A DNA stretch of 64,000 nucleotides from contig JAWCKZ010000002.1 in NCBI GenBank assembly GCA_038851325.1, positions 44,935-108,934 of the forward strand, read 5' to 3'. Source of the DNA: Candidatus Bilamarchaeaceae archaeon. GTDB taxonomy: Archaea > Micrarchaeota > Micrarchaeia > Anstonellales > Bilamarchaeaceae. This document shows positions 1 through 9,771 of this stretch, piece by piece (the first letter of the stretch is position 1; every line of letters begins with the position of its first letter). Made by a program: the position numbers and the translations under genes. The notes below the pieces were generated by a model. That model made no database searches and was not told the DNA's origin. It saw only the letters and a list, made by a program, of their open reading frames with translations.

Positions 1-216
1 GCTTTCCGGACTGATTACTGGTGGTTTGACAACAACTGTTTCACATTTCACCTTTAGAGGGTTGTCACCAACCAATCTCACGCTTCGGTCATCTATTATA
101 CCGTAATACCTCCCTGATTTCGTTATTATGACTGCTGTTCCAGTATCCATAATCCCACCGAGCGCCTTGGAAAGCGGCTCGCTGCTATCCAAAACAAGCG
201 TCTCCTTTATCTCCAT
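1..216 (-). CDS. CBS-domain-like protein, N-terminal part (runs off window start)
   Basis: Not in the ORF track; translated by hand: ATG at 216 after GGTGAG gives MEIKETLVLDSSEPLSKALGGIMDTGTAVIITKSGRYYGIIDDRSV..., open to base 1; resembles the CBS 'v.v.d..g...Giit' pattern. Confidence 0.6.
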   Translation of the reverse strand, partial: MEIKETLVLDSSEPLSKALGGIMDTGTAVIITKSGRYYGIIDDRSVRLVGDNPLKVKCETVVVKPPVISPES

Positions 217-299
217 CTTCTCACCAGCCAACTATCCAACTGAGTAGCAATTCCATAATCCATAAGATATATAAAATAATTAGATTATTAAAGAGAAGC

Positions 300-1088
300 A
301 TGGCGACCGCAGGCATGGCGTATATAGAGAAGATAGTAGTTAAACCCACATGGAAGCAGATACTTCTTGAGCTGATAGAGCAAAATAAGATAGACCCGTG
401 GGATATCGACATTGTGCAGATTGCAGACGAGTTCATGGCGCGGGTAAAACAGATGCGCGCGCTTGATCTCAGTATTCACGCTAATGTTATACTCGCAGCT
501 GCCATACTTTTGAAATTCAAGAGTGATTATTTAAGATACTTTACCTGCCCTCCGGTTGAGCAACCAGTATCTGTTGTCGAGGATGTTCAAGAACCTTTTG
601 AGCTTCCGCATCTTTCGCTTGTAAGCCGCATTCCTCCAAAGAGGCCAGTAACACTTGAGGAACTAATAGCAGAGATGGAGCGTGTACTTAAATACGAATC
701 GGCAGAAATAAAACGAATCCCTCGTGGTTCCATAACTGAAATAATCGATTTAAATGTTGAAGGGGAGGATATAGAGAAAAGAATGGCTGATGTTCTGGCG
801 CGAGTAAGAAAAAATGTAGACGAGACTGGATTTGCAACATTTTCAAGTATATTGCATGAAAAAACGAATGTAGAGATTATCTACACTCTTCTATCCATTC
901 TTCATCTCGCTCAAAATAACATTATCGACATCTACCAAGAGAAGCTCTTTGGGGAGATACTGCTCTCCATCATCGATAGCAGCGCAAGCGTCACCGAGAA
1001 GGATAAAAAGGGAACGGAATCCGCAACGCTCAACCCAATAAAGAAAGAGAAACAAAAAATTAAGGCAGTAGTTGGTGGAAAACTATAG
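300..1088 (+). CDS. scpA: Segregation and condensation protein A (kleisin)
   Basis: N-terminal WKQILLELIEQNKIDPWDIDIVQIADEF and AAILLKFKS; C-terminal winged helix with LLSILHLAQ...IYQEKLFGEI. Confidence 0.85.
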   Translation: MATAGMAYIEKIVVKPTWKQILLELIEQNKIDPWDIDIVQIADEFMARVKQMRALDLSIHANVILAAAILLKFKSDYLRYFTCPPVEQPVSVVEDVQEPFELPHLSLVSRIPPKRPVTLEELIAEMERVLKYESAEIKRIPRGSITEIIDLNVEGEDIEKRMADVLARVRKNVDETGFATFSSILHEKTNVEIIYTLLSILHLAQNNIIDIYQEKLFGEILLSIIDSSASVTEKDKKGTESATLNPIKKEKQKIKAVVGGKL

Positions 1089-1092
1089 CAAG

Positions 1093-1461
1093 TTAGCTTG
1101 TAAGTCCGGCAGCCTTCTTTTTTGATTTTACAATCTTCACATTGGCAGGTGTAAGAAGTACCATTTCCGGGGTTAGGAGTGCAATATCGCCATTCGTCTT
1201 TGTCGTGTAATTCTTGAGTTTTGCTATTATAGATTTCAGTCTGTTTGGCTGCTTTGACAGGGGCGTGACATTCATTATTATTATATTCTTTTCGCTCAGT
1301 TCCTTCACAACCAGATCGCTGTCACCCTCGTTTCTCAAATCAACCCTTTTAACATAAAAATCAGCCGGCGGATTAACTACATCGCCTTCTGCTGTCAAAA
1401 GCTCAGCCAAGTCTGGCACCTCTGTCTTTTCCTTTCCAAAAATTTTGTCAAAAAATCCCAT
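1093..1461 (-). CDS. sepF: Cell division protein SepF (archaeal type)
   Basis: Amphipathic N-terminus MGFFDKIFG after GGTGAccac; core 'VVKELSEKNIIIMNVTPL...GDIALL...VLLTPANVKI'. Confidence 0.8.
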   Translation of the reverse strand: MGFFDKIFGKEKTEVPDLAELLTAEGDVVNPPADFYVKRVDLRNEGDSDLVVKELSEKNIIIMNVTPLSKQPNRLKSIIAKLKNYTTKTNGDIALLTPEMVLLTPANVKIVKSKKKAAGLTS

Positions 1462-1537
1462 GTGGTCACCTTTGCTAAATATTTTTTCATTCAATATTAA
1501 TCATATTGATTTTTAAATTCTTACCTTATTTCACATC

Positions 1538-2224
1538 TCAGAAAACTTTCTCACCAACATACACTTTTATCCCAGAAGGAGTAACTTTAAATGGTACAAG
1601 GTCGCGTGAGTGGTCTGTCCCTCGCATCTTGAATACTTCAAGCGCGCGTATTCTTCTATCCTCTCGGTCAAGATTGTAAAGGTTTATTATGCCGTCCATC
1701 ACAAAGTGCTCTATATCATAATGCATCTCTGCTTTCACAGCGGTCGACGCCTCTACTGTGGTCATCGTTGTACAATCAAGGTTTCGCAACAACGAAAGAA
1801 ATTCAAAGAGCGTTTGTCTGTATTCGAGGTCGGTACCAAAGGACATTCGTATCATGGTCGCAGAGTCTATGACGGCCCTTTTAACATCATTCTCAGTAAT
1901 TCTCTCTTCTATGATGTTGGCTATTTCTTCAAGTTCGAACTTTTCTGGTTTTATAATCTCTATCTTTTTATCCTTTACCATCTTCGGCACGTCGGTGAGC
2001 ATTGGAAATGTATTTTTCATATTTTCCATGATATCATCCGCTGTCTCCTCGAGTGTTATATAAATTCCATTTTCACCGTTCTGAGCCCCACGATAGACAA
2101 ACTCAAATCCAAATGATGTTTTTCCACAACCAGGACCGCCATAGATAGCAATGTGTCGCCTTCTTGGTATTCCACCATTAATCATCTCATCCAAACCAGC
2201 TATGCCTGTCTTTACTCTTTCCAT
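1538..2224 (-). CDS. Single-domain KaiC/RAD55-like RecA-superfamily ATPase
   Basis: RVKTGIAGLDEMINGG, Walker A GGPGCGKT, YITLEE, VIDS, DGIINL, RALEVFKMRGTDH. Confidence 0.85.
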   Translation of the reverse strand: MERVKTGIAGLDEMINGGIPRRRHIAIYGGPGCGKTSFGFEFVYRGAQNGENGIYITLEETADDIMENMKNTFPMLTDVPKMVKDKKIEIIKPEKFELEEIANIIEERITENDVKRAVIDSATMIRMSFGTDLEYRQTLFEFLSLLRNLDCTTMTTVEASTAVKAEMHYDIEHFVMDGIINLYNLDREDRRIRALEVFKMRGTDHSRDLVPFKVTPSGIKVYVGEKVF

Positions 2225-2289
2225 AGAATCCCTCTTTTATTGATATGCTCTCTTCTTTCTCCGCAATTAATTTAATAGTATGTGTTATA

Positions 2290-2334
2290 ATGAAAACCAT
2301 GAGAACCATGAAAGCCATGAGAACTATGAAGGGT
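2290..2334 (+). repeat. Five tandem 9-bp units ATGA(A/G)(A/G)NN encoding MKT-MRT-MKA-MRT-MKG
   Basis: ATGAAAACC ATGAGAACC ATGAAAGCC ATGAGAACT ATGAAGGGT. Confidence 0.85.
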
Positions 2335-2811
2335 CAGTCAACAGCGGAATATATCACAACTTACGGTTGGGCATTGTTTGCACTTGTGGTTGTTATTACT
2401 ATTATATTGGGCAGCGGAATGCTTACGCCGAACTTTTTAATATCCGAGAGGTGTGAGCTTGGTACAAATCTTCAATGCAGAGCCGCAGTTTATAATACTG
2501 ATGACCAGACAAAAATATCCCTGGAACTCCTAAATGGCTTCGCCTATAGAATACGAATTGTTTCAGTCGAGGTATTTCGTTCAGATGGCACTACATCCTT
2601 TAATGGTCTAAGCAGAGAGGTAACAATCGAAAGCGGGGACAAAGAAACGTTTATTGGTAGTTTCTCTGAGGGGCAGCTACCCAGCAACGAATTAGAGCAA
2701 TTTACAGTGAGGGTGAAGTACGCCTCCTGTGCGCCTGAACTTGGACCTGGCTGTGGCGATAATCATACAATAACAGGTAGAATAATAGCAAGGGTTATAC
2801 CATCAGGGTAA
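2290..2811 (+). CDS. Type IV pilin-like protein with class III signal peptide
   Basis: KG|QSTAEYITTYGWALFALVVVITIILG: basic leader, G-1, Q+1, E+5 and a hydrophobic helix; start could be any ATG from 2290 to 2326. Confidence 0.75.
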   Translation: MKTMRTMKAMRTMKGQSTAEYITTYGWALFALVVVITIILGSGMLTPNFLISERCELGTNLQCRAAVYNTDDQTKISLELLNGFAYRIRIVSVEVFRSDGTTSFNGLSREVTIESGDKETFIGSFSEGQLPSNELEQFTVRVKYASCAPELGPGCGDNHTITGRIIARVIPSG

Positions 2812-3339
2812 TCCACCTTCGATGACCTTCCCTCGCTCACTTGGTTTTATTCTCAATCTGCCCCCAAAGCGTTTGTCAAAATCACGCTCAAGCTGTTTGC
2901 CGCTTTTCAGTTTTTCGAGAAAGATAGCAAGTGCAGCAACTTCGCTGTGGGGCTGACTTGTTATTGCAATGTTAAAATCAGACACATCGTAAATCTCTTT
3001 TGGTACGCGCTCGCTCCCAACAATAATCAATAGATTTTCTGCTTTTTCGATGTTTTGAAACGCTTCTGGCAGAGGGACACCATACATTGTAAGATGAACG
3101 ATAGTAAATCCTTTCTCTTTGTATCCTTTTATCGCATTTAGATATTTCTCTTTATACTCGATGAAAAAATCACCTCCCCAACGCTGCGCAAGTCTTGAGA
3201 CACTTGATTCCAGGCCCGCATCGCGCTGGCCTGAGTAGTTCATCCCATCAGCACCGAATGCCCGTGCAACAAGAGCAACATGGGTTGTAATTCGCTCATC
3301 GCGCGGGAGCCTATGACTGAGTCGAAAGACAACAATCAT
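2803..3339 (-). CDS. trm56: tRNA (cytidine56-2'-O)-methyltransferase aTrm56
   Basis: RLSHRLPRDERITTHVALVARAFGA, VHLTMYG, IIVGSERVP, QPHSEVAALAIFL. Confidence 0.93.
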   Translation of the reverse strand: MIVVFRLSHRLPRDERITTHVALVARAFGADGMNYSGQRDAGLESSVSRLAQRWGGDFFIEYKEKYLNAIKGYKEKGFTIVHLTMYGVPLPEAFQNIEKAENLLIIVGSERVPKEIYDVSDFNIAITSQPHSEVAALAIFLEKLKSGKQLERDFDKRFGGRLRIKPSERGKVIEGGLP

Positions 3340-3343
3340 CGCA

Positions 3344-4471
3344 TCACTCAACGTGAATATGTTTTTTTCCTTTTAACCAAACAATAAACGGGTAAGTTAA
3401 TATAAGCAGCCCAAGCACCACGAACGGAATGAACATATTTGAGAACAAGATATAAAGACACAGCACTAGCACAATTCCTACCAATCTCCCGATGTTAAGT
3501 ATCAATTCTCTAGCGAGCATGACTTTGTCAATGTCTCTCTTGTTGTCCAGCAATATTGCAGTTGTGAAAGGATTAAATAGATTTATAAAAAAGTTTCTGC
3601 CCGCATTCGCTGTGAACCACAATGCTGCATTGCTTGCAAATCCTGTAAAGATGGTTATGAGTCCGAGCGCACTTCCAAACAAGATTATATAGACTCTTCG
3701 TTTTCTTACCTTATCTGAAAGTTTGCTAACAAAGAAGGACGCTATGATAGAAAAGATGGTAGTAATGGCAATGAAACCACCAAGTTCGAGCGGTTTGGTA
3801 AAAAAGAGCAACGTTACGATCGTGATTGCTGCTGTTGTCCCGCCTCCGTAAACGCCCTCCGTAAATATCAGCGTTCTAAAACCTTTTATTTCCTTTATAC
3901 CATCCGCCGCACTGTAACTGTATCCACGTTTTTTGATCGCCTTCAGCTCAAGAAAGATGATTAAGAACAGTAGCGCAGATAGGATGAAAAGTATTTGAAA
4001 TCCAAAAACCTCTGCTACTACCGCACTTGCGACAGGTAGCAGAAGTCCAAGAAAAGGAGACATCGAAAAATAAATGCTGCTCGAGGTTGCGGCTTGTTCC
4101 ACGCCTTGTTCAAAATACATGATATTAAACGGAACCCAAAAGAGAAGGCAAGTAAGTCCAAGAATAAAGGTGCTAAAAAATAGTAGCTCTTTTGTTGGTG
4201 GTAAAAGTGCAAGTGCGATATACGAGAGCGCCATGAGGAAAATTGCTATACCCATGTAGAATCTATGGTCGCCTTCCATTCTCTTATTTAAAAGAAGAAC
4301 GAGAAAAATTGCTGCTGCAGGCCAAAAAATAAAGGAAGTGAGCAAGTCAAAATTACTCATTCCTGCATGTTTGAAGTATAGATAAAGAAGGCTCCCAGAG
4401 AATACATTGGCACCAACCCACAGTGAATAGAGCAATAGCAGTCTTAGCAATTGTTCTTTTCCTCTCAGCAT
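3344..4471 (-). CDS. MFS transporter
   Basis: About 12 hydrophobic segments over ~375 aa in two-fold MFS organisation; SKLSDKVRKRR loop motif. Confidence 0.75.
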   Translation of the reverse strand: MLRGKEQLLRLLLLYSLWVGANVFSGSLLYLYFKHAGMSNFDLLTSFIFWPAAAIFLVLLLNKRMEGDHRFYMGIAIFLMALSYIALALLPPTKELLFFSTFILGLTCLLFWVPFNIMYFEQGVEQAATSSSIYFSMSPFLGLLLPVASAVVAEVFGFQILFILSALLFLIIFLELKAIKKRGYSYSAADGIKEIKGFRTLIFTEGVYGGGTTAAITIVTLLFFTKPLELGGFIAITTIFSIIASFFVSKLSDKVRKRRVYIILFGSALGLITIFTGFASNAALWFTANAGRNFFINLFNPFTTAILLDNKRDIDKVMLARELILNIGRLVGIVLVLCLYILFSNMFIPFVVLGLLILTYPFIVWLKGKKHIHVE

Positions 4472-4525
4472 GACGAAGTGAATACAAAATTCCAAATAAA
4501 AATCTTTTGCAACTAATCCAACGCT

Positions 4526-5713
4526 ATGCTAATAGGTATAGTTGGAAAGCCCTCTACAGGAAAGAGTACTTTTTTTATGGCAGCCACGAGCGTTGTTGTC
4601 GAGCGCTCTCCACGACCGTTTACAACAATAAAACCAAATCATGCTATCGGATATGTAGAGGTTGAATGCGTAGACAAGGATTTTGGCATAAGATGCAATC
4701 CGCGAAGCGGATACTGCATAAATTCAAGACGATTTGTTTCTGTTGATCTTCTTGATGTAGCTGGTCTGGTTCCTGGCGCGCATGAAGGGAGAGGGCTGGG
4801 TAATAAATTTCTCGATGACCTCAGACAGGCAGATGTGCTTATTCATATTGTGGATGCAAGTGGGTCTACAAATGAGAACGGTGAAAAGGTTGCGCTCGGT
4901 AGTTATGATCCAGCCAATGACATTCGCTTTTTGGAAGAGGAGTTAGATTATTGGCTCAAGGGTATTCTAGACAATAACTGGCAAAGGCTTTTGAAAGAAA
5001 GCAAAAGAAAGAAAAACGAGGAACTTCTGTGTGATCAGTTTGCAGGGCTTGGAATACGCAAGGATGCAATAGTAAAAGCACTGGGTCAACTCAATCTGAG
5101 AGAGAAAACTCTGGACAGCTGGAGCGAAGAGGAGAAAATGGGATTTGCAAGAATAATGCGAAAGATAGGAAAGCCGTTAATTATTGTCGCAAACAAATGC
5201 GACCTTCCGGGTGCGTATGCAAACTACCAGCGTCTTCTAAAAGAGTTTCCGGAGCATCTTATTATCCCGTGTTCTTCAGAAGCGGAGATAGCTTTAAAGG
5301 AAGCTGCAAAGCATGGCTTTATAAAGTACCTTCCAGGAGATGCTGATTTTGAGATAGTAAGAGAACTTGATGAGCAGCAGAGAAGGGCAATGGAATTTCT
5401 TAAAGGTTATATCAAGAAAGCCGGTGGAACAGGCGTACAAAAAGCTCTGAACACAGCGGTGTTTAACTTTTTGAATTACATCGCAGTTTTTCCTGTTGCG
5501 AACTCAGCAAAGCTTACTGATGATAAGGGGAATGTACTCCCGGATTGTTTTCTCATGAAGCCAGGCTCTACTGCGCTTGATCTGGCTGCCTCAATTCATA
5601 GCACAATGGCAGAGAAGTTTATTCGAGCTATAGATGTGAGGACCAAAAAGGCGCTTGGTGCTGATTACAAACTAAGGCACAGAGATGTCATTGAGGTTGT
5701 TTTTGGTCGGTAG
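4526..5713 (+). CDS. ychF: Obg-family ATPase/GTPase YchF (archaeal)
   Basis: GIVGKPSTGKST, PFTTIKPN, DVAGLVPGAHEGRGLGNKFLDDL, NKCD; C-terminal TGS domain. Confidence 0.93.
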   Translation: MLIGIVGKPSTGKSTFFMAATSVVVERSPRPFTTIKPNHAIGYVEVECVDKDFGIRCNPRSGYCINSRRFVSVDLLDVAGLVPGAHEGRGLGNKFLDDLRQADVLIHIVDASGSTNENGEKVALGSYDPANDIRFLEEELDYWLKGILDNNWQRLLKESKRKKNEELLCDQFAGLGIRKDAIVKALGQLNLREKTLDSWSEEEKMGFARIMRKIGKPLIIVANKCDLPGAYANYQRLLKEFPEHLIIPCSSEAEIALKEAAKHGFIKYLPGDADFEIVRELDEQQRRAMEFLKGYIKKAGGTGVQKALNTAVFNFLNYIAVFPVANSAKLTDDKGNVLPDCFLMKPGSTALDLAASIHSTMAEKFIRAIDVRTKKALGADYKLRHRDVIEVVFGR

Positions 5714-6002
5714 CTCCAAGTTTGCGCATTATTCCGCTTGTTTTTAACGCGATTATCCGTGGGTGCTCTATCAGCGCAAGAAACCCTGGAATGAGATGTG
5801 CGTAGTCGCGGCTTACTGTTAGTATGCCCCGTCCTGTTTTTTCGTCGTACGCAGAAAGCCTGAATTGGGCGAACGACATACCATACTCCCCAAAGAATTT
5901 CAGCCCCTCTCGATAGAGAACTGATTTTGTTTCTTGTTCGCTCTGTGGAGGTGCTACTTCGAATAGTATATGCCTTCTTTTTTTGGAGTACGCCCTAACC
6001 AT
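5688..6002 (-). CDS. rnp2: RNase P protein component 2 (Pop5/Rpp14 family)
   Basis: KKRRHILFEV...GEYG...GILTVSR...ALKTSGIMRK. Confidence 0.7.
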   Translation of the reverse strand: MVRAYSKKRRHILFEVAPPQSEQETKSVLYREGLKFFGEYGMSFAQFRLSAYDEKTGRGILTVSRDYAHLIPGFLALIEHPRIIALKTSGIMRKLGATDQKQPQ

Positions 6003-6085
6003 AATCACACCTTTATGATTAAACGATGACAAAAAAGCATTTATAAGTGTTATTAATTTAAGTTGAAAAAATAAAAGGAAAAAAA

Positions 6086-7012
6086 TCATTGCTTTATCTC
6101 ATAAATAGCGTATACATGGCTGCTCAGTGTAAGGTCTTGGGGGAATATCTCTGCAGATCTTCTCGCTCCATCTTCGATGGTTGGCATTTTTGACTCAACA
6201 TAGCCGTAAGGATAATAGGGTGGGTAGTAATCTGTCTGTATTAAAACGATTCTGCCGAGAGACACACCCAAACCTGTCGCGATACTTTCTGCTTTTTTCC
6301 TTGCCGCCTTTGCAGCATCTGCGATAAGTTCGTTTTCTATATCTATCCTGGTCTGCTCCTTCAGTGAGAAATAAAAGTAATCGAATCTCGTGCTGGTTAC
6401 ATCAGCTACTCCGTCAATTACACTGCCACCAACGCTGATGTTTTCGCTCTTTATCATTATTGAGTGCGTTGTTCTGTACCCGATTATCTCACGGTTACAT
6501 TCGCATGGATAAGGCGGTGGAATAGGATACATCTCGCTTTCGACAGCAATGCCTTCGCCACCTGCGGTTTCGTATACCGGGCATACATCGCCCTTGCACG
6601 GCCATGGTGGGCACCAGCAACTGTCATTATATATCGGATACGTATAGTAAGAAGTGGTCTGTATTTCGCTTTCCTTTATACCACGTGCAAGAAGCGCTGC
6701 CTTGAGCGCAGCGGTTGCCTTTGCATTTGCTGCTTCTGCAAGTGAAGCGGTTTCGTTCTCTGTTTCTATGGTTAAGCCTATAATAAGAAGGTCAGGTTTT
6801 ACAACTCGCGCAGCTTCGCCGTTGACAGATATCTTCGGCACTTCCTCGCTTGTATTTGAGCAATTTTGGGCCGGCACAACTGCTGGAAAAATGTGCGCGC
6901 CACCAGCCTGCCAGAAAGTAATTATATACGTCGCTCCTGCGACAACAATCGCAGTGAGCAGAACCATTAGGAACGCAGTGTTGCGTTCGACAACATATTT
7001 CGTTTCTACCAT
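6086..7012 (-). CDS. SIMPL (DUF541) domain membrane-anchored protein
   Basis: N-terminal TM; ISVNGEAARVVKPD, GIKESEIQTTSY, AAKAARKKAESIATGLGVSLGRI. Confidence 0.85.
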   Translation of the reverse strand: MVETKYVVERNTAFLMVLLTAIVVAGATYIITFWQAGGAHIFPAVVPAQNCSNTSEEVPKISVNGEAARVVKPDLLIIGLTIETENETASLAEAANAKATAALKAALLARGIKESEIQTTSYYTYPIYNDSCWCPPWPCKGDVCPVYETAGGEGIAVESEMYPIPPPYPCECNREIIGYRTTHSIMIKSENISVGGSVIDGVADVTSTRFDYFYFSLKEQTRIDIENELIADAAKAARKKAESIATGLGVSLGRIVLIQTDYYPPYYPYGYVESKMPTIEDGARRSAEIFPQDLTLSSHVYAIYEIKQ

Positions 7013-7028
7013 TATATCACCGATTCAT

Positions 7029-7275
7029 TTAGAAGAAGCAATGCTTATAAGGTGCTTGAACTTGTAAGGAAAAAAGCTACCTTTTTCATCTCAAACTCTG
7101 TCATGCAAAGACGAGCAAAAAGCTGGAAAGTAGGATAACGCGCTGCTTAGTCTAAATCCCAACATCGTAAAAATTTCAAAAGGCAACCTACGCTGCCGGT
7201 TATACTTATGAACAACTGATAAATGAGATACTGGAGCATGCACTTAAGCGATATGGCAAAAAGTCGTATCTTTAG
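7029..7275 (+). pseudogene. Degraded C-terminal remnant of an ATP-grasp (D-Ala-D-Ala ligase-like) gene
   Basis: Frame 7174-7275 reads FQKATYAAGYTYEQLINEILEHALKRYG; upstream frame-shifted pieces AYKVLEL and LNPN; stops and frameshifts, no intact ORF. Confidence 0.45.
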
Positions 7276-7311
7276 TCAGTGTTTTTTAACTTATCCATCT
7301 ATCTTTATTTC

Positions 7312-7746
7312 ATGGAGCGAGTTCTAATAATCTGCGGAAGCAAGAGTGATGAGGAGATAGCCAAAAAAGCGATCGATACACTTGACGAGTTTGGCGTTAC
7401 TTATAGATACGAGATTGCATCTGCTCACAGAAACCCAGAGAAGGTTGATGCGCTTGTGAAAGGTACGAGTGCAGATGTAATTATAGCTATTGCAGGGCTG
7501 AGCGCGGCTCTTCCTGGTGTTGTTGCATCAAGGACAACAAAACCAGTTATCGGCGTACCTGTGAACGTGAAGCTTGACGGGCTTGATGCGCTGCTCTCCA
7601 TGATGCAAATGCCATCTGGAGTACCTGTTGCAACGGTTGGGATAGATAATGGAAAGAACGCAGCCCTTCTTGCGATTGAAATACTTGCGCTGAAAGACGA
7701 ACTACTTGCGGAAAAATTAAAAAATAAGGTTCGCGTTGCGAGGTGA
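7312..7746 (+). CDS. purE: N5-CAIR mutase / AIR carboxylase PurE
   Basis: [56 protein letters not shown]. Confidence 0.96.
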   Translation: MERVLIICGSKSDEEIAKKAIDTLDEFGVTYRYEIASAHRNPEKVDALVKGTSADVIIAIAGLSAALPGVVASRTTKPVIGVPVNVKLDGLDALLSMMQMPSGVPVATVGIDNGKNAALLAIEILALKDELLAEKLKNKVRVAR

Positions 7747-7752
7747 AGAACC

Positions 7753-8286
7753 GTGAAAAGAATTATGTATACGGAAAGGATATCAAACAAGCAACCATGC
7801 AGAGCATTTAAATCTAAGGAATGTCTTGTTGATTCATTTAGAGATTTAAGAAGCGGTATTGTTGTGAGTGCATTTGTCATGGGAATGTTATGTAACGCAT
7901 GTGCGACAGCCATCCTCACAGCTGTAAGTGTTCAGTCAGATTGTAGTAAGAAAAAAATTGCAGCAGATGTAATATGTGGTGTTGGTGTAGATGTTGGTGC
8001 AGCCGTGATGGGGCCCGTTTGCGGGCTTCCAGAGAAAGATAAAAATTCTAGAGTGATATCCGGCGGGCTAGGTGCGCTCGGCGGCGCCCTTGTCGGCGGC
8101 AGTCTTGCCTGTCTTCCTACGGTGTTTATAGATGATCCCTGCGAATCGTCTTCCCCAAGCTATCACCAACCTCCTCTGACTCCTCCACCTACGTCACCAG
8201 AGTCACCATTCTATAGGCCGCCATGGTCACCAGATTCACCTTCCTATACGCCGTCTCCCTCGCCTCCTCCTACATATCCTAGATGA
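7753..8286 (+). CDS. Hypothetical membrane/secreted protein with Gly-zipper-like segments and Pro/Ser-rich tail
   Basis: GTG start after AGGTGA; hydrophobic segment; GGLGALGGALVGG; PPLTPPPTSPESP tail. Confidence 0.6.
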   Translation: MKRIMYTERISNKQPCRAFKSKECLVDSFRDLRSGIVVSAFVMGMLCNACATAILTAVSVQSDCSKKKIAADVICGVGVDVGAAVMGPVCGLPEKDKNSRVISGGLGALGGALVGGSLACLPTVFIDDPCESSSPSYHQPPLTPPPTSPESPFYRPPWSPDSPSYTPSPSPPPTYPR

Positions 8287-8316
8287 AAAGCGCTTACAAA
8301 TAATAAACGTGATGAA

Positions 8317-8892
8317 ATGAATAAACCGGATTTTCATTTTCCTAAAATGCTCGAGAATCTGAAACGCGGAGGTCCTGCGATTGTTCTTCCAAAGGATGCA
8401 GGCATTGTGATAGCTTACAGCGGCATAGGAAGGAACTCAAAGGTTGTAGAGCTTGGTACCGGTTCTGGTTTTATGACCGTTCAGCTTGCGAACATTGCAA
8501 AGGAAGTGATTACTTACGAAAAAAGAAAAGAGTTTGCAGAGCTTGCTAAACAGAATATAAAGAAAGCAGGATTGGAGAACGTAACTCTGAAAGAGGCAGA
8601 TGCGCTTATTAACTTTGATGAAAGAGATGTAGACCTTGTTTTTTGTGATATCGCGGATGCTGAAAATGTGGTGGAGCGTGCCTATGCAGCGCTTAAGAAA
8701 GATGGAACATTTGCAGCGCACTGCTTGAACATAGAGCAGGCAAAGGCGCTTGTGCTTGCGCTGAGAGCAAATTTTAGAGATGTTTTTATGACCGAGTGCA
8801 TTGTTCGCGATTACGACATTCGCAGTTTTGGCACTAGGCCAAAGCATTTTGGGCTAATGCATACTGCCTATCTTGTTTTCGCTAGGAAATGA
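8317..8892 (+). CDS. trmI: tRNA (adenine57/58-N1)-methyltransferase TrmI
   Basis: GPAIVLPKDAGIV, VELGTGSG, TRPKHFGLMHTAYLVFARK. Confidence 0.9.
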   Translation: MNKPDFHFPKMLENLKRGGPAIVLPKDAGIVIAYSGIGRNSKVVELGTGSGFMTVQLANIAKEVITYEKRKEFAELAKQNIKKAGLENVTLKEADALINFDERDVDLVFCDIADAENVVERAYAALKKDGTFAAHCLNIEQAKALVLALRANFRDVFMTECIVRDYDIRSFGTRPKHFGLMHTAYLVFARK

Positions 8893-9270
8893 GAACCGTG
8901 GCGTCCACCGCTTGCAGAAACGATTTAATGATTTCTGTTTAAACCTTTCCATGATAGAGATTAAAGGTGCTCTTCGGCGCTGACTTCGTGCGCAAGTGCA
9001 CTTGAGGGGGTAGCGTTAGCAACAAGTTCGCTTGCGCACTCTCTCGGCATGATTCCTTATATGCCTCAAGAAGTAATAACATCTATGAGCTCAAGCGCGG
9101 ACAGCATGAGCAACGCTGCAGGTTTTATAATAGAGACAGCAGTATCAATGGAAACAACATTTACCTAACTGCAAAAACAGGTTTGATACTTTTTACAATA
9201 CTATTAATACTTGTATTTGTTTTGAACATTCTTTCTTTCTATAGACAACTGACGCAGTAATCACGCAGTT

Positions 9271-9753
9271 TTATCTTTTATATCCTATCTTCCTAAGAAA
9301 CTCTTTTCTCCATTTTTTGTCTTCTTCTTTTTCTATATCAACTGGCCTACTGCCGTCTATTACACCAAGAACACCGCGACCACTTTCTGTTTCTGCTACA
9401 ACAACCTGTAGAGGATTTGCAGTCGCGGCATATATATTGCAGACTTCGCTTACGTTCTTTATTCTATTAAGAACGCTTATTGGATACCCGCCTCTTATGA
9501 ATATTATAAATGAATGTCCGCATCCAAGTTTCAGCGCTTCTCTCTCCGCATGCGCAATCAACTCATCATCATTTCCCTCGCTTCTTACAAGGCATTTGCC
9601 AGAACTTTCGCAGAATCCTATTCCAAACCTCAGTGCACTGCTACTTTCTGCGAGTGCTTCGTAAAGATCCTCTACTGATTTTATAAAATGCGTTTGACCA
9701 AGTATAACATTGCAGTCAGCAGGAATCTCTATACCAACAACTTTGAGTTCCAT
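9271..9753 (-). CDS. Adenosine-specific kinase family (DUF355) protein
   Basis: NVILGQTHFIKSVEDLYE, FCESSGKCLVR, CGHSF, IYAATANP, GRGVLGVIDG. Confidence 0.9.
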   Translation of the reverse strand: MELKVVGIEIPADCNVILGQTHFIKSVEDLYEALAESSSALRFGIGFCESSGKCLVRSEGNDDELIAHAEREALKLGCGHSFIIFIRGGYPISVLNRIKNVSEVCNIYAATANPLQVVVAETESGRGVLGVIDGSRPVDIEKEEDKKWRKEFLRKIGYKR

Positions 9754-9771
9754 TCTATCACCCTGTTTGCC

